Shown here in pieces: positions 60,691 to 64,000 of a stretch of DNA of 64,000 nucleotides. This DNA comes from Paraphysomonas bandaiensis (Eukaryota; Protista; Chrysophyceae), in the NCBI GenBank assembly GCA_965644295.1, contig CBFFRP010000186.1, positions 1-64,000 of the forward strand, read 5' to 3'. The position numbers and the translations under genes were made by a program. The stretch's first letter is position 1. The number at the start of each line of letters is the position of its first letter. The notes under the pieces were generated by a model that did not search any database, was not told the DNA's origin, and saw only the letters and a program-made list of their open reading frames with translations.

Positions 60691-62696
60691 TTCGTCCATC
60701 ATTATACCGCCTGCTGTACCGATGTACGTGTATCTGATGCTCACAGCTCCTCAATGCATATGCCGCCGTGTAGCCCGTATGTCCATCCCTCCGGATGGGT
60801 ATGAAAGTTCGAGCCGTGGAAATACACACATATGCACGCGGGTTTCGTCAGTCCTGCACACCGTCATTTCACTCGAAGCCTCCATGAATGGGGTGCAGAA
60901 GTGGGACTTATTCGACATCAGCATCCTCCAACTGACCCCCTCGACGAGCAAAGTGTTACTGATATCACGGATATGCTGCACCTCGGTGACTTCCCCCCCG
61001 ATTCATGTCACGCAATCTTCACGGATGGCTCATACAAGCAGGAATTCCTTGGGCCACGCTGCCTCACGCATGTCAGTCCCCATACACGATGGTCTCACTG
61101 GGGTGCCGCGGCTATCGTGTGGCTCCCGGAGAGCGCTTGGAGAAGTTGTCGAGCAAAAATCCTACGACTAACGACTCACGTGAGGGACATGCCTGGTATT
61201 AATCCTTATGCGTACGAACTCCTAGCAGTTGTCACATCACTCATACTATCCTCATGTGCTCCTGCCACTTCCCTATCAATACAGACTGCAAGGCTGTCTG
61301 CGTGAGAACTGGGGAAGCACTCTCCACACGACGACGCGCACTTGGACATCGTGCTAAAGGAATCTTCCTTGAGAGCATCGCGACGGCCAAAACGTGCACC
61401 AAGAGGAACATTAATTGGGTCCGCTCACACCCCGAGCTTCACATGCCCGATGAATCTCAATGGACGAATATAGACCAAGGTATTTACATAGCAGACGCGG
61501 TTGCAGGGGGTGAATCGTTGGAGGTTGACCACATGTTAGACCACAACAATTACACTTTCTGTAAAATTGATATAACCAGAGTTATGGAGCGTATACTCAC
61601 GTCCGGAACATGCCATTGGCGTCTGTCCGGCATACGCCGGCCGGATCTTACCCACCCCTTGGTCACTGATTTGGAATCTCTTCGCGATCAACGGACTCCA
61701 GAGAATTACACTGCCCTCCGTGACCAACCCTACGGCAATAATCTGGATCGTTCACCTGGATACTGGATTGATAGTGGCGCCTTACTTCCGCACAAACTGG
61801 CCCTCGCTGGCTGCGGCATATCCAAGGTCAAGGACAGTTCACAACTAAGACAACGCTTACTCAATACAGCCCTGGCACGGGACAAATCCTACAGCAATGG
61901 TAGGAATAGGGCCAAAACAAAGTTTGGACTTGACCTAAACAGAGCCAGATTTGGCTTTCGGCTTGACCCTCTAAAGCATATGTGTCTTAATTGCCCACAC
62001 GCCTCAATCTCTCAGAAACGAGATTCCGCCTTACACAGATACAAGGAGTGTCCGCGAAAACTCCTAATTGAAGCTCAAATGGAAAGCGCTTTCGGAACAC
62101 AGTACCAGTGCTCCCTCAATGCGCGTGGACTACGTACCATTGAAGCGGCAGTTGTTTCCCTCTTTCAACCGCTCTATAATGCAGCCAAACAAATGCTCCA
62201 AGATCGTAGTGGGCGTTATGCTGCTGTCAACCGGAGGGGGGCGGAAAGACTCCCCACTAGCAGTGACGCCAACTCCGTCAGCTACTCCTCTGCCCAAGGC
62301 CCAACTCGCAGCAAGAGCTATTCCAAGGCACACAGGAGCCCCAATATTCCCCCTCGTCCATGTATCTCAGGTTAATATCACTTGACTCACTGATATAGAA
62401 TCCTCCTCCACAAAGTCCCGAGGTGCCCTATCCTAAGGGGCGTCCTCCTGAATGATCCCTCTGTACTTCAAGAACTGACGTCCACAGAGAGCTTCTCCCT
62501 CACACACAAGAACGGAAGTGGTTGCACCTTGGTGCTTGCGACGACGCACAAGCAGCTTCTGTAGCGTTAAATAGTAGGATATGAGAATTTGTACGAGTTA
62601 GTTACTGGTAGAGGTCGATCTAGCTTGACTAGTCTTCATCTAACTACTTATCTGGTGTCGATTCTTGACGCCTACTGCTAATAATAGGACTTTCAC
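60691..62696 (+). mobile_element. 5'-truncated, frameshifted non-LTR retrotransposon retaining RNase H and a Cys/His relic
   Basis: IFTDGS...YELLAV...NTDCKAV...WVRSHPE...IADAVA (RNase H D-E-D-D) across a frameshift, then HMCLNC. The 3' UTR is shared with five shorter copies. Confidence 0.8.
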
Positions 62697-62968
62697 AGAA
62701 TTATATTAGCTTTCTAGTCATACTACTACTATTGACTATTGGTAATATGCAGGATAAAGGCTGAGAAACAATCGTTTGTAAAGCATGAGGTGCATAGAAC
62801 TAATGAGTTGTTCTCTAAGTCATTCTCTGTTTACAGAGAATCTACATATAGTTGACTACAATCTGCGTCAATTGATTGACAATATATTGGTACGCAGCCC
62901 TGATATATATAAATATGTAGTTTTCTTTCATTTAGGTGCTGATTCTGGACTTTCATATATATAAATAT

Positions 62969-63085
62969 CAGGGCTGAGTATCAATTAATTGACGCAGGTT
63001 GTAGTCAATTATAATAGCAATTATACTTGCTGTCTCAATTTCAATAATTGACAATTAATAGAAAATCAATTGATACGCAGCCCTG
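62969..63085. mobile_element. 117-bp hAT MITE with an 8-bp TSD (partial inverted copy at 62851-62902)
   Basis: CAGGGCTGAGTATCAATT...AATTGATACGCAGCCCTG flanked by ATAAATAT on both sides (62961-62968 and 63086-63093). Confidence 0.88.
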
Positions 63086-63396
63086 ATAAATATATGGCAA
63101 ATATATTCAATGCAATAGCATTAACAGTGTAATTCTAAAACAGTTAAAACGTTAAAACCGCCTTACGGTCACATATAGTCCTTCGTTAACATAATTGAGT
63201 TAACAATAGCTACTGATATTTACATTGAGTATAAATGCCTTGAATACTGTACTTACCCTTCAATGCAATGCGGATGTTTATACGTTTATACAATTTGATT
63301 TCTTAGAACATAAGTTTTTTCGCCAAAAATATTTATTGCATAATAATTAAGTATTATATCACATGATGCAATTGTCGGCATTAATAGAACACTACT

Positions 63397-63939
63397 TCAA
63401 TTATCATAAGGATTTCCCTCCCAGTTAAATTTTTCGATGTCATCATTAGAGATGTGCGTTGCAGAGTTTAAAGGTGAAGCATCGGTAGGCTGAAGGGTGG
63501 TTTGGCTCACAAGAGAAATTGCGTTTAAGCTATCCCCAAGAATGTCCACAGGAGATGCCGACGCAACTGGAGCTGGTTCAGCATTGGCACATTGCACAAC
63601 ATACCGCTCAACACTCACCACAAATTCTTGCTCTAAATTAAGTAATTCATCAATACACTGGGCGACGGTGTCATTCAGATATAACAGTTCCCTGAACTCG
63701 ACTCTGCTCAATACATCGATAGACTCGGATTTAGCTCTCATAACAGTTAAAAATCCTATCGCATCGAACCAGCCCCCGACAGAAAAACGAAGAGTATCAT
63801 CTACCATATCAATACAATATCCAAGCATCATGTCAACAATTGCAGTCCATCTTGCATCAGATAATGCACCCGCAGGTATAGATGAAACAGAGGGCTTAGA
63901 ATTAGTTAAAGCGACGTTTACCAATCTTTTCCAATTCAA
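63397..63939 (-). CDS. Hypothetical protein, probably the last exon of a gene starting beyond the window
   Basis: 180-codon open frame with protein-like composition in an AT-rich context; no motif recognised. Confidence 0.4.
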   Translation of the reverse strand: MNWKRLVNVALTNSKPSVSSIPAGALSDARWTAIVDMMLGYCIDMVDDTLRFSVGGWFDAIGFLTVMRAKSESIDVLSRVEFRELLYLNDTVAQCIDELLNLEQEFVVSVERYVVQCANAEPAPVASASPVDILGDSLNAISLVSQTTLQPTDASPLNSATHISNDDIEKFNWEGNPYDN

Positions 63940-64000
63940 ACAGTCCGTCGGATTAAGAACAGTGAGCTTAGGTGAAAAAATATTTATGGTGTCAGCAGCC

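Noticed and set aside
1-64000. rRNA, tRNA, CRISPR, hammerhead ribozyme or telomeric repeats
   Set aside because: None was recognised by eye; a covariance-model scan would be needed to exclude small RNAs.

Overview
Eukaryotic nuclear DNA with short GT-AG introns and many transposons; the gene content suggests a protist, possibly a stramenopile (inference only). Host genes are an SLC35A-type nucleotide-sugar transporter, an ~18 kb multi-exon RNF213/mysterin-like AAA+ ATPase/RZ-finger E3 with an N-terminal NHL propeller, TMEM222, a UIM/F-box/PHD/Kelch protein, a kinesin and a Crinkler-like REase-kinase (one full and one truncated inverted copy). The most unusual object is a young, intact Ty3/Gypsy element (1842-13878, minus strand, GTGT target duplication). 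Its gag and pol are in one frame, split by a single UGA in the CUAG readthrough context. Its RT has IFDN in place of YxDD, a 12-bp palindrome replaces the tRNA primer-binding site, and Gag has a CCCH finger. Its 3' LTR carries a head-to-tail dimer of an ORF-less 2,484-bp element with a 7-bp core at all three junctions, subterminal inverted repeats and a homeobox-like relic. The Gypsy element itself splits a secreted fibrinogen-like-motif gene. Relics of Copia, Gypsy, Tc1, pogo, hAT, MITEs and an RNase H-bearing LINE family fill the rest. All calls come from reading the sequence by eye; no searches were run.
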